From NCBI RefSeq assembly GCF_000022265.1, contig NC_011979.1, positions 2,040,001 to 2,072,000 of the forward strand: a stretch of 32,000 bases of DNA. The letters run 5' to 3'. Positions 15,720 to 24,701 of this stretch are shown piece after piece. This DNA is from Geotalea daltonii FRC-32 (GTDB lineage Bacteria; Desulfobacterota; Desulfuromonadia; Geobacterales; Geobacteraceae). A program made the translations under genes and the position numbers. The stretch's first letter is position 1. Each line of letters begins with the position of its first letter. The notes beneath the pieces are model-generated. The model saw only the letters and a program-made list of their open reading frames with translations, was not told the origin of the DNA and ran no database searches.

Positions 15720-16550
15720 ATGGAAGACGACGAGCGGTTCGCCATAGAGAGCGATCTGCTGCTGGAAGCCCTCTACCGCATGTACGGGTACGACTTCCGC
15801 GACTATGCCGAAGCCTCCATCAGGCGCAGATTGAGCGCGTGGCTTGCCGGTTCCGGCTTTTCCAGCCTTTCGGAAGCCCAGGGCAAACTGCTGCGGGACC
15901 GCTCCCTCTTCGACCAGTTCGTGCGGGGCATTACCGTAAACGTTTCGGAGATGTTCCGGGATCCCCTGTTCTTCAAGGCGTTGCGGGAGCAGGTCGTTCC
16001 CCATCTCAAGACATATTCTTTCGTCAAGATCTGGCATGCGGGGTGCTCCACCGGTGAAGAGGTCTATTCCATGGCTATCTTGCTCCAGGAGGAGGGACTG
16101 GCGGGGCGTTACCGGATTTACGCCACCGACATCAACGAGAATGTGCTGGGCAAGGCGCGGGAGGGAATCTATCCTCTGCAGGAGATGCGGCGCTTTACGG
16201 AAAACTATCAGAAAAGCGGTGGCCGCCGGGATTTTGCCGACTATTACACGGCGCGGTACGATCACGCCATGCTCATGCCGGCTCTTAAGAAGGACATTGT
16301 TTTTGCCGCCCATAATCTGGCGGTGGATGCGGATTTCGGTGAAATGAACATGGTTTTCTGCCGAAACGTGCTTATTTATTTCAAGGCTTCCCTGAAGGAA
16401 CGGGTGTTGAGCCTTTTCGACCGGGCCCTCCTGCCGGGTGGATTTCTCTGTCTAGGTACCAAGGAAACCCTGGAAAACCGGGATATATTCGCAGACTACC
16501 ATGAAATCGGGCGGGGTACGCGCATCTATGCCAAGTGCTACAAGTCATGA
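15720..16550 (+). CDS. cheR: CheR-type protein-glutamate O-methyltransferase.
   Basis: There is an N-terminal helical CheR_N-like segment (YGYDFRDYAEASIRRRL). The SAM-binding motif is IWHAGCSTGEEVYSMAILL, followed by YATDIN...ARE GIY. The ATG is 3 nt after the kinase stop. Confidence 0.9.
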   Translation: MEDDERFAIESDLLLEALYRMYGYDFRDYAEASIRRRLSAWLAGSGFSSLSEAQGKLLRDRSLFDQFVRGITVNVSEMFRDPLFFKALREQVVPHLKTYSFVKIWHAGCSTGEEVYSMAILLQEEGLAGRYRIYATDINENVLGKAREGIYPLQEMRRFTENYQKSGGRRDFADYYTARYDHAMLMPALKKDIVFAAHNLAVDADFGEMNMVFCRNVLIYFKASLKERVLSLFDRALLPGGFLCLGTKETLENRDIFADYHEIGRGTRIYAKCYKS

Positions 16551-17121
16551 GAGCCCAAAACGTTTCCGGGTGATTGTCATGGGTGTTTCCACCGGCGGCG
16601 TGCAGGCGCTGAAAAGGGTACTGGGAGGTCTGGCGGCAGACTTTCCCCTGCCGATCCTCATCGTCCAGCACATGAGTCCGGCATCGGGAGACGGCCTGGC
16701 GAAGCTGCTTGATCAGCTGTGTCTTTTGCGGATCAAGGAAGCTGACGAGGAGGAGGTTATGCAAGGGGGATGCGCCTATCTGGCCCCGCCCAACTACCAC
16801 CTGCTGGTTGAAAGCAACGGCAGCCTGTCCCTTTCCGCCGAGAAGCCGGTCAATTTTGCGCGGCCTTCGGTAGATGTGCTCTTTGAATCGGCAGCCGCCG
16901 CTTTCGGCCCGGCGGTAATCGGCATCGTCCTTACCGGTGCCGGCTATGATGGTGGGCGAGGCTTGCTTCGGATCAAGGAACAGGGGGGGATGGCAATTGT
17001 CCAGGACCCGGCAGATGCCGATGCCTCATCCATGCCGAAATATGCCTTGAGCCTTGTGACCGCCGACCATGTGGCAAGGTTGACGGAGCTGCCGGGATTG
17101 CTGACGAGACTGGTATCTTAG
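16528..17121 (+). CDS. cheB: CheB-type protein-glutamate methylesterase, catalytic domain only (no receiver domain).
   Basis: VIVMGVSTGGVQAL (Ser), ILIVQHMSP (His) and RPSVDVLFESAA (Asp) match the CheB catalytic triad contexts. The protein is only ~197 aa. The start is uncertain (ATG 16528 or 16501), and either choice overlaps the cheR 3' end. Confidence 0.85.
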   Translation: MPSATSHESPKRFRVIVMGVSTGGVQALKRVLGGLAADFPLPILIVQHMSPASGDGLAKLLDQLCLLRIKEADEEEVMQGGCAYLAPPNYHLLVESNGSLSLSAEKPVNFARPSVDVLFESAAAAFGPAVIGIVLTGAGYDGGRGLLRIKEQGGMAIVQDPADADASSMPKYALSLVTADHVARLTELPGLLTRLVS

Positions 17122-17167
17122 TGACGGCCGCAACAGGCTGATGGGCAGATAGGAAAGGAGAGCTGCA

Positions 17168-19153
17168 ATGTGGAAACAACCGGTTTCCATTCTACTGGTG
17201 GATGACAGGGAGGAGAACCTGACGGCGCTTGAGGCGCTACTCTCCGATATGGGGCTGGATATGGTCAAGGCTCTGTCCGGCAATGATGCCCTGCGGCTGG
17301 CCCTGAAGCAGGATTTTGCCTTGGTCCTTATGGATGTGCAGATGCCGGAAATGGATGGATTCGAGACCGCGGAACTGATGCGGAGCAACCCGAAGACCCG
17401 GCATCTTCCCATTATCTTCGTTACTGCCGGCATGAAGGATATGAGTTACCAGTTCAAGGGGTATGATGCCGGCGCTGTCGACTATCTGCTGAAGCCGCTG
17501 GAGCCGGCCATCCTGAGAAGCAAGGTCAGGGTCTTTCGCGCGCTGTACACGCAACGCTGTGCCCTGGAAGAGCGCGAGTCCACACTGGAGGCCCTGGTGG
17601 AGGAACGAACCGCCGAACTGGTACGAACGACGGAGAATCTTCAGGAAAGCGAGGAGCGATACCGGAATGCATTCGAGCTGGCAGCGGTGGGTATTGCCCA
17701 TGTTGCGCTGAACGGGCTGCTGGTCAGGGTCAATGCCAGCATGTGCCGTGACCTTGGGTATGACCCTGGCGAATTGCAGAAGCTGACCCTGGCGGAGATC
17801 ACCCATGGGGAGGATCTGGCACTGGACCAGGCCGAGGTGCAGTCACTGCTGTCTGGATGCACCTCCTCCTATGAAATGGAAAAGCGATTTCTCCGCAAGA
17901 ACGGTTCCATCGTTTGGGGGCACATGGCCGTTGCCCTGGCCCGTGGCGAGAGCGGCGAACCGATCCACTACATAACCGTTTTCGAAAACATCACTGCCCG
18001 CAAACAGCTGGAACAACAGCTGCGCCAGGCACAGAAGATGGAGGCCATCGGCCAGTTGGCGGGGGGCATAGCCCACGACTTCAACAATCTGCTCAGCGTC
18101 ATTATCGGCTATGGAAACTTGGCGCAGATGAAAATGGATGCTGATGATCCGCTGAAATGCAACCTGGACCAGATTATTGCCGCAGCAGAAAAGGCTGCCC
18201 AGCTGACCAAGGGGCTTTTGGCCTTCAGCCGCAAACAGGAGATGAAGCAGCAGCCGGTGGAGCTTAACGGCTTGATCGAAAGCGTAACGAAGATCCTCAA
18301 GCGGGTGATCGGTGAGGACATTCAGCTTGAGACCTCTTTTCATGAAGGAACTCTTTTCATCAATGGGGACAGCGGCCAGATCGATCAGGTGCTGATGAAT
18401 CTGGCCACCAATGCCAGGGATGCCATGCCGGATGGCGGGAAATTCACCGTTTCGACGGCTCTGCAGGAAATAGAAGATTCCTTCATCGCCATGCACGGTT
18501 TCGGCAAGCCCGGCGCCTACGCCCTGATCAATGTTTCCGACAGCGGCAAGGGAATGGACCAGCATACCCTGCAGAACATCTTCGATCCTTTCTTTACCAC
18601 CAAGGAAGTGGGCAAAGGGACGGGCCTCGGCATGTCCATAGTTTACGGCATCGTCACCCAGCACAACGGCTATATCAAGGTGTACAGCGAGCCGGACATC
18701 GGCACCACCTTCAGGTTGTATCTACCCTTGATCGAGGACAACCAGGTGGAGGAAGCAAAGTTGTCTCCCGCTCTGCCCAGGGGGGGCACCGAGACCATCC
18801 TGCTGGCCGAGGATGACCAGGCCATCAGGGATATGGAAGTGAGTATTCTGCAGGATTTCGGCTATCTTGTGATGGTGGCCAGGGACGGGCAGGAAGCGGT
18901 GGATATTTTCCAGGAAAACCGCGGCAATATAGATCTGGTGCTCCTGGATATGATCATGCCGAAAAAGAACGGCTCGGAGGCCTGCCGCGAGATCAGGGTG
19001 CTGGCCCCACAGGTGAAGGTGCTGTTCATAAGCGGTTATACCGCCGATCTGATCCAGGAAAAGGGGTTGCTGGAGAAAGGAGTTGAACTGGTTATCAAGC
19101 CGGTTTCCCCTCCCGAGCTGGCGAGAAAGGTGCGGGAGTTGCTGGATCGCTGA
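17168..19153 (+). CDS. Hybrid histidine kinase with the order receiver, coiled coil, PAS, HisKA, HATPase, receiver.
   Basis: SD GGAAAGGAG lies upstream. REC1 is [11 protein letters not shown]...[13 protein letters not shown]...KP. The PAS core is [19 protein letters not shown]...[11 protein letters not shown]. The H-box is [11 protein letters not shown]; N/G boxes are [16 protein letters not shown] and GTGLGMS. The C-terminal REC is ILLAEDDQ...[13 protein letters not shown]. Confidence 0.9.
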   Translation: MWKQPVSILLVDDREENLTALEALLSDMGLDMVKALSGNDALRLALKQDFALVLMDVQMPEMDGFETAELMRSNPKTRHLPIIFVTAGMKDMSYQFKGYDAGAVDYLLKPLEPAILRSKVRVFRALYTQRCALEERESTLEALVEERTAELVRTTENLQESEERYRNAFELAAVGIAHVALNGLLVRVNASMCRDLGYDPGELQKLTLAEITHGEDLALDQAEVQSLLSGCTSSYEMEKRFLRKNGSIVWGHMAVALARGESGEPIHYITVFENITARKQLEQQLRQAQKMEAIGQLAGGIAHDFNNLLSVIIGYGNLAQMKMDADDPLKCNLDQIIAAAEKAAQLTKGLLAFSRKQEMKQQPVELNGLIESVTKILKRVIGEDIQLETSFHEGTLFINGDSGQIDQVLMNLATNARDAMPDGGKFTVSTALQEIEDSFIAMHGFGKPGAYALINVSDSGKGMDQHTLQNIFDPFFTTKEVGKGTGLGMSIVYGIVTQHNGYIKVYSEPDIGTTFRLYLPLIEDNQVEEAKLSPALPRGGTETILLAEDDQAIRDMEVSILQDFGYLVMVARDGQEAVDIFQENRGNIDLVLLDMIMPKKNGSEACREIRVLAPQVKVLFISGYTADLIQEKGLLEKGVELVIKPVSPPELARKVRELLDR

Positions 19154-20180
19154 CGGCTCTCGGTTTCATGTGCAGGAATCCCTTCAACTCCTGCTCGGCA
19201 GCCTGGTAGTCCTCCAGTGACAGGTTGCAGTCCTCCACCCAGTCCCGGTTCTTGTAATAGACCTTGTCATAATAGTTTTTCACCAGCTCGGCCATGAATG
19301 GCTGCAGTTCCCAGCGTTCCAGATGGCCCTCGATCTCGGCGTATTTGTCGCCTCCCAGCCTCTTTTTGATGCGCAACAGGGCCACCGCCATTCCCTCTTT
19401 GAACTCCGGACGGCCGTATTCCCGGATCAGCCTTTCCACCCTGGTTTCCAGCGATGCATGGCACCAGACCTTGGTGCTCTCCTGCATTACTTCGTACATG
19501 TTGCCGGGCAGGGACAGCTTGCCGATCCTTTTGCTCTCACCCTCCACGATGAGCGGCTTGTCCCCGGGCAGTTTGCGCAGGGCGTCCCACAGGAGGCTTT
19601 CGAACCATTTCTGGGAAAGATCCTGGGTAAGCCCCAGTTCGCCGAAGGCTGAGCCCCGATGGCAGGCAAGCCCTTCCAGGTCGATGAAGGAAAAGTCATT
19701 CCGGTCGAGACCGAGGATGAAGGGGGTCTTGCCGATGCCGGTCATGCCGTGGATGACCACCAGCCGGGCGGGGGGCTGGAAGTTCTCGAAACAGGCCAGG
19801 ACCTGGTTGCGGTAGGTCTTGTAGCCCCCCTGGAGCTGGACCGCATCGTAACCGGTCAAATCGAGGATGGCGGAAACGGTCTTGCTTCTCAGGCCGCCGC
19901 GCCAGCAGTAGACGAGGATGGGTCTTCCTGCCGCAAGCCCGCCTATCTCGGCAACCAGCTCGGGAAAACGGGGGGCGGTGAGCTCCAGACCGCGGATGCG
20001 GGCTTCCCTGGGCCCGGTCTGCTTGTAAAGGGTGCCGATCTCCACCCGCTCTTCATTGGACAGGAGCGGCACGTTGACGGCACCGGGGATATGGTCTTCC
20101 TCGAACTCCAGCGGGGTGCGCACATCCACTACCAGATGGCTGTCGAGAAGGGATTGGTTGAAAGTTACGGGTTGCGGCAC
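19095..20180 (-). CDS. selU: tRNA 2-selenouridine synthase (rhodanese domain plus P-loop domain).
   Basis: The rhodanese part is VVDVRTPLEFEEDHIPGAVNVPL and the active-site loop LVYCWRGGLRS. Walker A is HGMTGIGKT. AAGGAG-N6-GTG supports a GTG start at 20180 rather than ATG 20207. The 3' end overlaps the convergent kinase gene by 59 nt. Confidence 0.85.
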   Translation of the reverse strand: MPQPVTFNQSLLDSHLVVDVRTPLEFEEDHIPGAVNVPLLSNEERVEIGTLYKQTGPREARIRGLELTAPRFPELVAEIGGLAAGRPILVYCWRGGLRSKTVSAILDLTGYDAVQLQGGYKTYRNQVLACFENFQPPARLVVIHGMTGIGKTPFILGLDRNDFSFIDLEGLACHRGSAFGELGLTQDLSQKWFESLLWDALRKLPGDKPLIVEGESKRIGKLSLPGNMYEVMQESTKVWCHASLETRVERLIREYGRPEFKEGMAVALLRIKKRLGGDKYAEIEGHLERWELQPFMAELVKNYYDKVYYKNRDWVEDCNLSLEDYQAAEQELKGFLHMKPRAVSDPATPAPFSPAREGKPA

Positions 20181-20259
20181 AGTTATCTCCTTAAAAAAGC
20201 ACCCCATTATAAAGAGCAGGGGACCCTATTGCAAGGAGAAGGAATTTTATGTTGCAGCC

Positions 20260-23037
20260 ATGACTATTGACGATAACGGGATAGAATTGAGCCTGGGTTC
20301 TTTTTCTAACAACCTGCTACGAGAGCAGCGTATGCATCAGATCGCCATTGAAGAATTTTGCCGCAGGCTTAGAACCTCTGCAGACAGCGGGCTTGACCCG
20401 GCTGAGGCTGCCCGGCGCTTGCTGAAGGAAGGGCCCAACGCCCTGGTTCAGCATAAGCGTGAAAATGAGATCATCAAGTTCCTGCGGCAGATGTTCAATC
20501 TCTTTGCCCTGCTCCTCTGGGTCGGGGCAGGGTTGTCCTTTGTGGCGGAGTGGCTGACTCCCGGCGAAGGAAATATCTTTATCGCCATCGCCCTGGTGGG
20601 CGTGGTGCTGATTAACGGCAGTTTCAGCTATTTTCAGCAGCACAAGGCCGAACAGATCATGGCCTCTTTCAGGGACATGCTTCCCCACATGGCGAAGGTG
20701 ATTCGCGGGGGGGAGCTTAAACAGGTCCCGGCGGCGGAGCTGGTCAGGGGGGACCTGATCATGGTGGAGGAGGGGGACCAGGTGCCGGCGGATGCACGCC
20801 TGGTGGAGGTATCCGGCCTGAAGGTGAATAACGCCTCCCTGACCGGAGAGTCGGAACCGCAACTGCGCACCACCTATCCGACCGACAAGCATCTTCTCGA
20901 CAGCCGCAATGCCGTTTTTTCCGGGACCATGGCCCAGGCAGGCCAGGGCAGGGCGCTGGTCTTCGCAACCGGCATGAAAACCCAGATCGGACGTGCTGCC
21001 GACTTGACCCAGGCTGTGTCGGTGCGGGAAATACCCATCCGCAGCGAGATTCACCACTTCACCAGGTTAATTTCCACCATTGCTGTCATCATGGGAGTTG
21101 GTGTCTTTCTCGTCAGCCTGTTCTTTCTGCAAAATCCGATGCTGAGCAAGCTGATCTTTGCCATCGGTATCATCGTTGCCAACGTCCCGGAGGGGCTTCT
21201 TCCCACAGTCACCCTGTCCCTTTCCATTGCTGCCCGACGCATGGCGGAAAACAAGGCACTGGTCAAGAACCTGGAATCGGTGGAGACCCTCGGCTGTACC
21301 ACGGTTATCTGCACCGACAAGACCGGCACCCTGACCTGCAACCGGATGGAGGTAAAGAGGCTTTTTCTCAACGAGTGCATCCACACGGAGGTAGACACAA
21401 ACCTGGAGAAGGAGGAACTGGAAAGGTTCCTGCTGGTGGCAAGCCTTTGCAACAACGCCCATTTGCAGCAGGATGATCGGAACCGGTACCTTGGCGATCC
21501 CACAGAGGGGGCGTTGCTGGTTTTCTGCAGCAGGTTTCAGGATGTGGCTGCCGTGCAGGCAGCCTCTCCCCGGCTCTATGAAGAGCCGTTTACCGCCGCC
21601 ACGAAACTGATGATCACCATCAATAATGTTGATGGAAAACAGATTGCCTGCCTTAAAGGTGCTCCCGATGTGGCAATTTCCATGTGCGACAGTATTCTCA
21701 TCAATGGAATGGCGCAGCCTTTGACGGATAATCATAAAAGGGCTTATCTCGCTGCCTATGAGGAGTTTGCCGGCAAAGGCGAACGGGTGCTGCTTCTGGC
21801 CTATTGTGAGGTTGCGCCCCGTGAAGCATGGGAAAACAAGGATCTGCCATCCGGCGGTTTTATCTTCGTCGGCCTGGTGGGAATGTTCGATCCTCCCCGT
21901 GCCGGTGTCGCGGAGGCGGTGAAGGCTATCCGCAGCGCAGGGGTGCGGGTTATCATGGTTACCGGCGATTACCAGACGACCGCCATTGCCATCGGCCGCA
22001 TGATCGGCATCGTCACCACGCAAACCCCCAGGTTGATTCTCGGCAAAGAGCTTCGTGACATGAGCGATGCCATGCTTGACTGGGAACTGGAGGAGAAGGA
22101 GGTCCTCTTCGCCCGATTGTCGCCCGAACAAAAGCTGCGTATTGTCCAGGCCCTGCAGCGCCACGGCCACGTGGTGGCTGTAACCGGCGACGGGGTCAAT
22201 GACGCCCCGGCGCTGAAGCAGGCTGATATCGGCGTGGCCATGGGGCTTTCCGGGACGGATGTGGCACGGGAGGCTGCGGATATGGTGCTTCTGGATGACA
22301 ACTTCGCCACTCTGCTGCCTGCCATCAAGGAAGGGCGCACCATCTTCGACAACCTGAAGAAGTCCATCGCCTATACGGTCACCCATGCCGTCCCGGAAGT
22401 GGTTCCCTATCTGGCTTTTCTTCTCCTGGGCATTCCCTTGCCGCTGACGGTGATGCTGATTCTTGCCATAGATTTGGGTACAGATATGCTGCCGGCCATT
22501 GCCCTGGCTTCCGAACGGTCCGAGCGTGACATAATGCAGCTTCCCCCGCGCTCCCGGTCGGAGAGGCTGGTGAACGGCCGGCTTATCTTTGTTGCCTACG
22601 GATTTAAAGGGGTGATTGAGGCTGCAGCCGCATTTTTCGCCTACTTCAGTGTTCTCCATGCCGGGGGCTGGCAGTTCGGCATGCCTCTGGCTGCAGGGTC
22701 AGGTCTTTACCCAAAAGCAGTATCCGCTTTCTTTGCGGCAATTGTCCTCTGCCAGATGGCCAATGTCCTTGCCAGCAAAGTCCAGCGCCAGTCGCTGCTG
22801 CAGCAGGGCATTTTCTCCAATTTTCGGCTTTGGTTCGGAATAGGGGTCGAACTGGTCCTGGCGCTGTCGATCATTGAATGGTCGCCGCTGCATCTTCTTT
22901 TCGGCAACGCATCGCTTTCTGCAGGGGAGCTGGTCCTTGCCTGGCCGTTCGCCCTGGCGATTCTTCTTCTGGACGAACTGCGACGTTGGTTGATAAGACG
23001 CAATGTGCGCTGGGTGGTCAGGTTGACTGCAGGTTGA
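20260..23037 (+). CDS. P2-type cation-transporting P-type ATPase.
   Basis: Cation_ATPase_N-like IEEFCRRLRTSADSGLDPAEAARRLLKEGPNAL; TGES; PEGLLPTVT; phosphorylation motif ICTDKTGTLT; MVTGD; hinge VTGDGVNDAPALKQADIGVAMG. The start is ambiguous (ATG 20260 or ATG 20332). The track ORF start at 20032 lies inside selU and is rejected. Confidence 0.9.
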   Translation: MTIDDNGIELSLGSFSNNLLREQRMHQIAIEEFCRRLRTSADSGLDPAEAARRLLKEGPNALVQHKRENEIIKFLRQMFNLFALLLWVGAGLSFVAEWLTPGEGNIFIAIALVGVVLINGSFSYFQQHKAEQIMASFRDMLPHMAKVIRGGELKQVPAAELVRGDLIMVEEGDQVPADARLVEVSGLKVNNASLTGESEPQLRTTYPTDKHLLDSRNAVFSGTMAQAGQGRALVFATGMKTQIGRAADLTQAVSVREIPIRSEIHHFTRLISTIAVIMGVGVFLVSLFFLQNPMLSKLIFAIGIIVANVPEGLLPTVTLSLSIAARRMAENKALVKNLESVETLGCTTVICTDKTGTLTCNRMEVKRLFLNECIHTEVDTNLEKEELERFLLVASLCNNAHLQQDDRNRYLGDPTEGALLVFCSRFQDVAAVQAASPRLYEEPFTAATKLMITINNVDGKQIACLKGAPDVAISMCDSILINGMAQPLTDNHKRAYLAAYEEFAGKGERVLLLAYCEVAPREAWENKDLPSGGFIFVGLVGMFDPPRAGVAEAVKAIRSAGVRVIMVTGDYQTTAIAIGRMIGIVTTQTPRLILGKELRDMSDAMLDWELEEKEVLFARLSPEQKLRIVQALQRHGHVVAVTGDGVNDAPALKQADIGVAMGLSGTDVAREAADMVLLDDNFATLLPAIKEGRTIFDNLKKSIAYTVTHAVPEVVPYLAFLLLGIPLPLTVMLILAIDLGTDMLPAIALASERSERDIMQLPPRSRSERLVNGRLIFVAYGFKGVIEAAAAFFAYFSVLHAGGWQFGMPLAAGSGLYPKAVSAFFAAIVLCQMANVLASKVQRQSLLQQGIFSNFRLWFGIGVELVLALSIIEWSPLHLLFGNASLSAGELVLAWPFALAILLLDELRRWLIRRNVRWVVRLTAG

Positions 23038-23127
23038 CAATAGAGATATCGGTTATAAGATATGAGATGTTTAATTAATATAACTGTTTGGGGCACCGTT
23101 TCAGATGTGTTTTTTCTGATTAACACC

Positions 23128-23156
23128 TTGATCTTAAGCTGTTTACGTGCTATAAA
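23128..23156 (+). promoter_or_regulatory. Sigma70-like promoter upstream of the aldolase gene.
   Basis: TTGATC (23128-23133), 17-nt spacer, TATAAA (23151-23156), in a strongly AT-rich 175-bp intergenic region. SD AAAAGGAGG follows at 23201-23209. Confidence 0.5.
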
Positions 23157-23213
23157 AATCTGATTTTTTTTGTATACATAAAAGTATTTTAAATACCACT
23201 AAAAGGAGGCGAT

Positions 23214-24494
23214 ATGGCAAACGGTTCGGATTTTACAAAAGCACTCGAGATTGGCCGTCCACCCAACGTGGCAAAGCTGTTCCCCAACTCGAAAGCACTG
23301 CTGGTGAGCGGCAAGGTTATAGATAGGGCGATGGGTGCGAAGGGGAATGCCATTGCCCTGGCCGCCAACGGCAGGAATCACTTCGTCATCAGAGGCGTAC
23401 TGCAGGCTGCCCAGCGCGCAAACGCGGCTGTAATTATCGAGATAGCCAAGTCGGAGGGGGGCAGATCCGCCTATTGTCCTGTCAACTACTGGAACATGGC
23501 CCGCCAGGTGGATGCTGTCTGCAACGAACTGGGCATCACCGTGCCGGTGGCTATTCATGCGGACCATTACGGCATCAAGAGCGACAAGGACCTGGCCGAA
23601 GCAAAGGTAGAGGTTCCCACCATGTTCGAGGCAGGCATTACCTCCATTGCCATCGACGCCTCCCATCTTCCCGACGACAAGAACCTGCTGGCCAATATCG
23701 CTATCAACCCGTCGATTCCTTCCTGGGCAGGCCTGGAGACCGAAGTTGGTGAGATCAAGGGGAGTCAGGGCCTTTCCACGGTGCCCGAAGCGCTTTTCCT
23801 TATCCAGGGGCTCAATGCCCATGATATTTTTCCCGACTGGATCGCCCTGAACAATGGGACTACACATGGCCTGGAGGCAAGCGATGCCGGCATTCAGGTA
23901 GGTCTTACCGCCGAGATTCACCATGCCCTGGAAAAATACAAGGTCTCTGGCGCCCAGCACGGCACTTCGGGCAACAGCTCGGACAGGTTGCGCGAGATTG
24001 CCAGGAAGACTGCCACCACCAAGGCCAACGTCGCCACGGCGCTGCAGATGATTTCCTGGGGCCTTGAAGTAAACGATTACGGCAATGCACAGCTGGACGC
24101 CAACGGCAACTTCATCAAGGTAAAGGGCGAAGGCGTCACCGAGGAGATGTGGGTGGAAATGGTTGCCTATGCCGAATCCAAGGGCTGGAAAAAGGGAGAC
24201 TACAAGAGCCTTAACCTGCCATTCGAAAATAAACTTCTGGCTCAGCCGAAAGAAGTCAGGGAGAGAATGGCCAGGCGGGTGGAAGATTTTGCCTACAAGA
24301 TGATCACCGAAGTTCTGAACTCGCAGGATACGGCGCAGCTGGCAATCCAGGCCATCCTCAAGGCGGGCTCCTACGATGTGGGCGCCAAGATTGGCCGTAT
24401 CGAAGACCCTGCCCAATGGACCGAGGGCAAGATCGTTGAAAGGGCGGCTACAATCGGCGGGGACAAGGGACCGTCCGGAAATTTCGACGACTGA
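23214..24494 (+). CDS. fba: Class II (metal-dependent) fructose/ketose-bisphosphate aldolase, long form (426 aa).
   Basis: Blocks resembling the PF01116 family appear in order: AIALAANGRNHFVIRGVLQAAQRANAAVIIEIAKSE, VAIHADH, TSIAIDASHLP, ETEVGEIKG, ALNNGTTHG, SGAQHGTSG. There is a strong SD. Confidence 0.85.
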   Translation: MANGSDFTKALEIGRPPNVAKLFPNSKALLVSGKVIDRAMGAKGNAIALAANGRNHFVIRGVLQAAQRANAAVIIEIAKSEGGRSAYCPVNYWNMARQVDAVCNELGITVPVAIHADHYGIKSDKDLAEAKVEVPTMFEAGITSIAIDASHLPDDKNLLANIAINPSIPSWAGLETEVGEIKGSQGLSTVPEALFLIQGLNAHDIFPDWIALNNGTTHGLEASDAGIQVGLTAEIHHALEKYKVSGAQHGTSGNSSDRLREIARKTATTKANVATALQMISWGLEVNDYGNAQLDANGNFIKVKGEGVTEEMWVEMVAYAESKGWKKGDYKSLNLPFENKLLAQPKEVRERMARRVEDFAYKMITEVLNSQDTAQLAIQAILKAGSYDVGAKIGRIEDPAQWTEGKIVERAATIGGDKGPSGNFDD

Positions 24495-24520
24495 TCTTTG
24501 TCGGCCGAAGTTAAGTCGAT

Positions 24521-24635
24521 AAAAGCCCCCATCTGCAGTACAAGCCCTAATCGTGAGACATGAGGTGTGTATACCCACATGTGGCAGGAGACAAGATAAG
24601 GGCAGTGCTGCAATTTGGGGGCTTTTCATGTCTTT
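24521..24635 (+). terminator. Unusually long (~106 nt) imperfect hairpin followed by a T-rich run. It could be a structured terminator or a small-RNA element.
   Basis: AAAAGCCCCCA (24521-24531) pairs with TGGGGGCTTTT (24616-24626). Inner pairs are TGCAG/CTGCA and GCCCT/AGGGC. The apex contains the perfect palindrome CCACATGTGG (24574-24583). CTTTTCATGTCTTTTG follows. Confidence 0.5.
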
Positions 24636-24701
24636 TGCTTATGGAACTTTCATCACTGTTATGCTAACTTGCCCCTATGACTGATTTTAAGGAGGTAGAC
24701 G

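Noticed and set aside
15720-17121. Reading cheR/cheB as part of an ordinary chemotaxis operon.
   Set aside because: No cheA, cheW, cheY, cheD/cheZ or MCP signalling domain occurs anywhere in the window, and CheB lacks its receiver. The genes are embedded between two histidine kinases instead.
20032-20259. 5' extension of the ATPase ORF back to 20032.
   Set aside because: It would overlap the selU coding region by ~150 nt on the opposite strand. Its translation is Ser/Arg-rich with no ATPase homology. The conserved Cation_ATPase_N segment starts after 20332.
21067-22659. 530-aa minus-strand ORF inside the P-type ATPase gene. Similar cases are 10348..11169 in mocR, 17843..18664 in kinase 2 and 29456..30352 in trpB.
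   Set aside because: They are shadow ORFs opposite well-supported genes, with no recognisable motifs.
23199-24629. 476-aa ORF on the minus strand spanning the whole aldolase locus.
   Set aside because: It is exactly antisense to a CDS with clear class II aldolase motifs and a strong SD and promoter. Its translation is low-complexity (G/R/A/L/V-rich) with no motifs. It is a typical shadow ORF of a GC-rich coding region.
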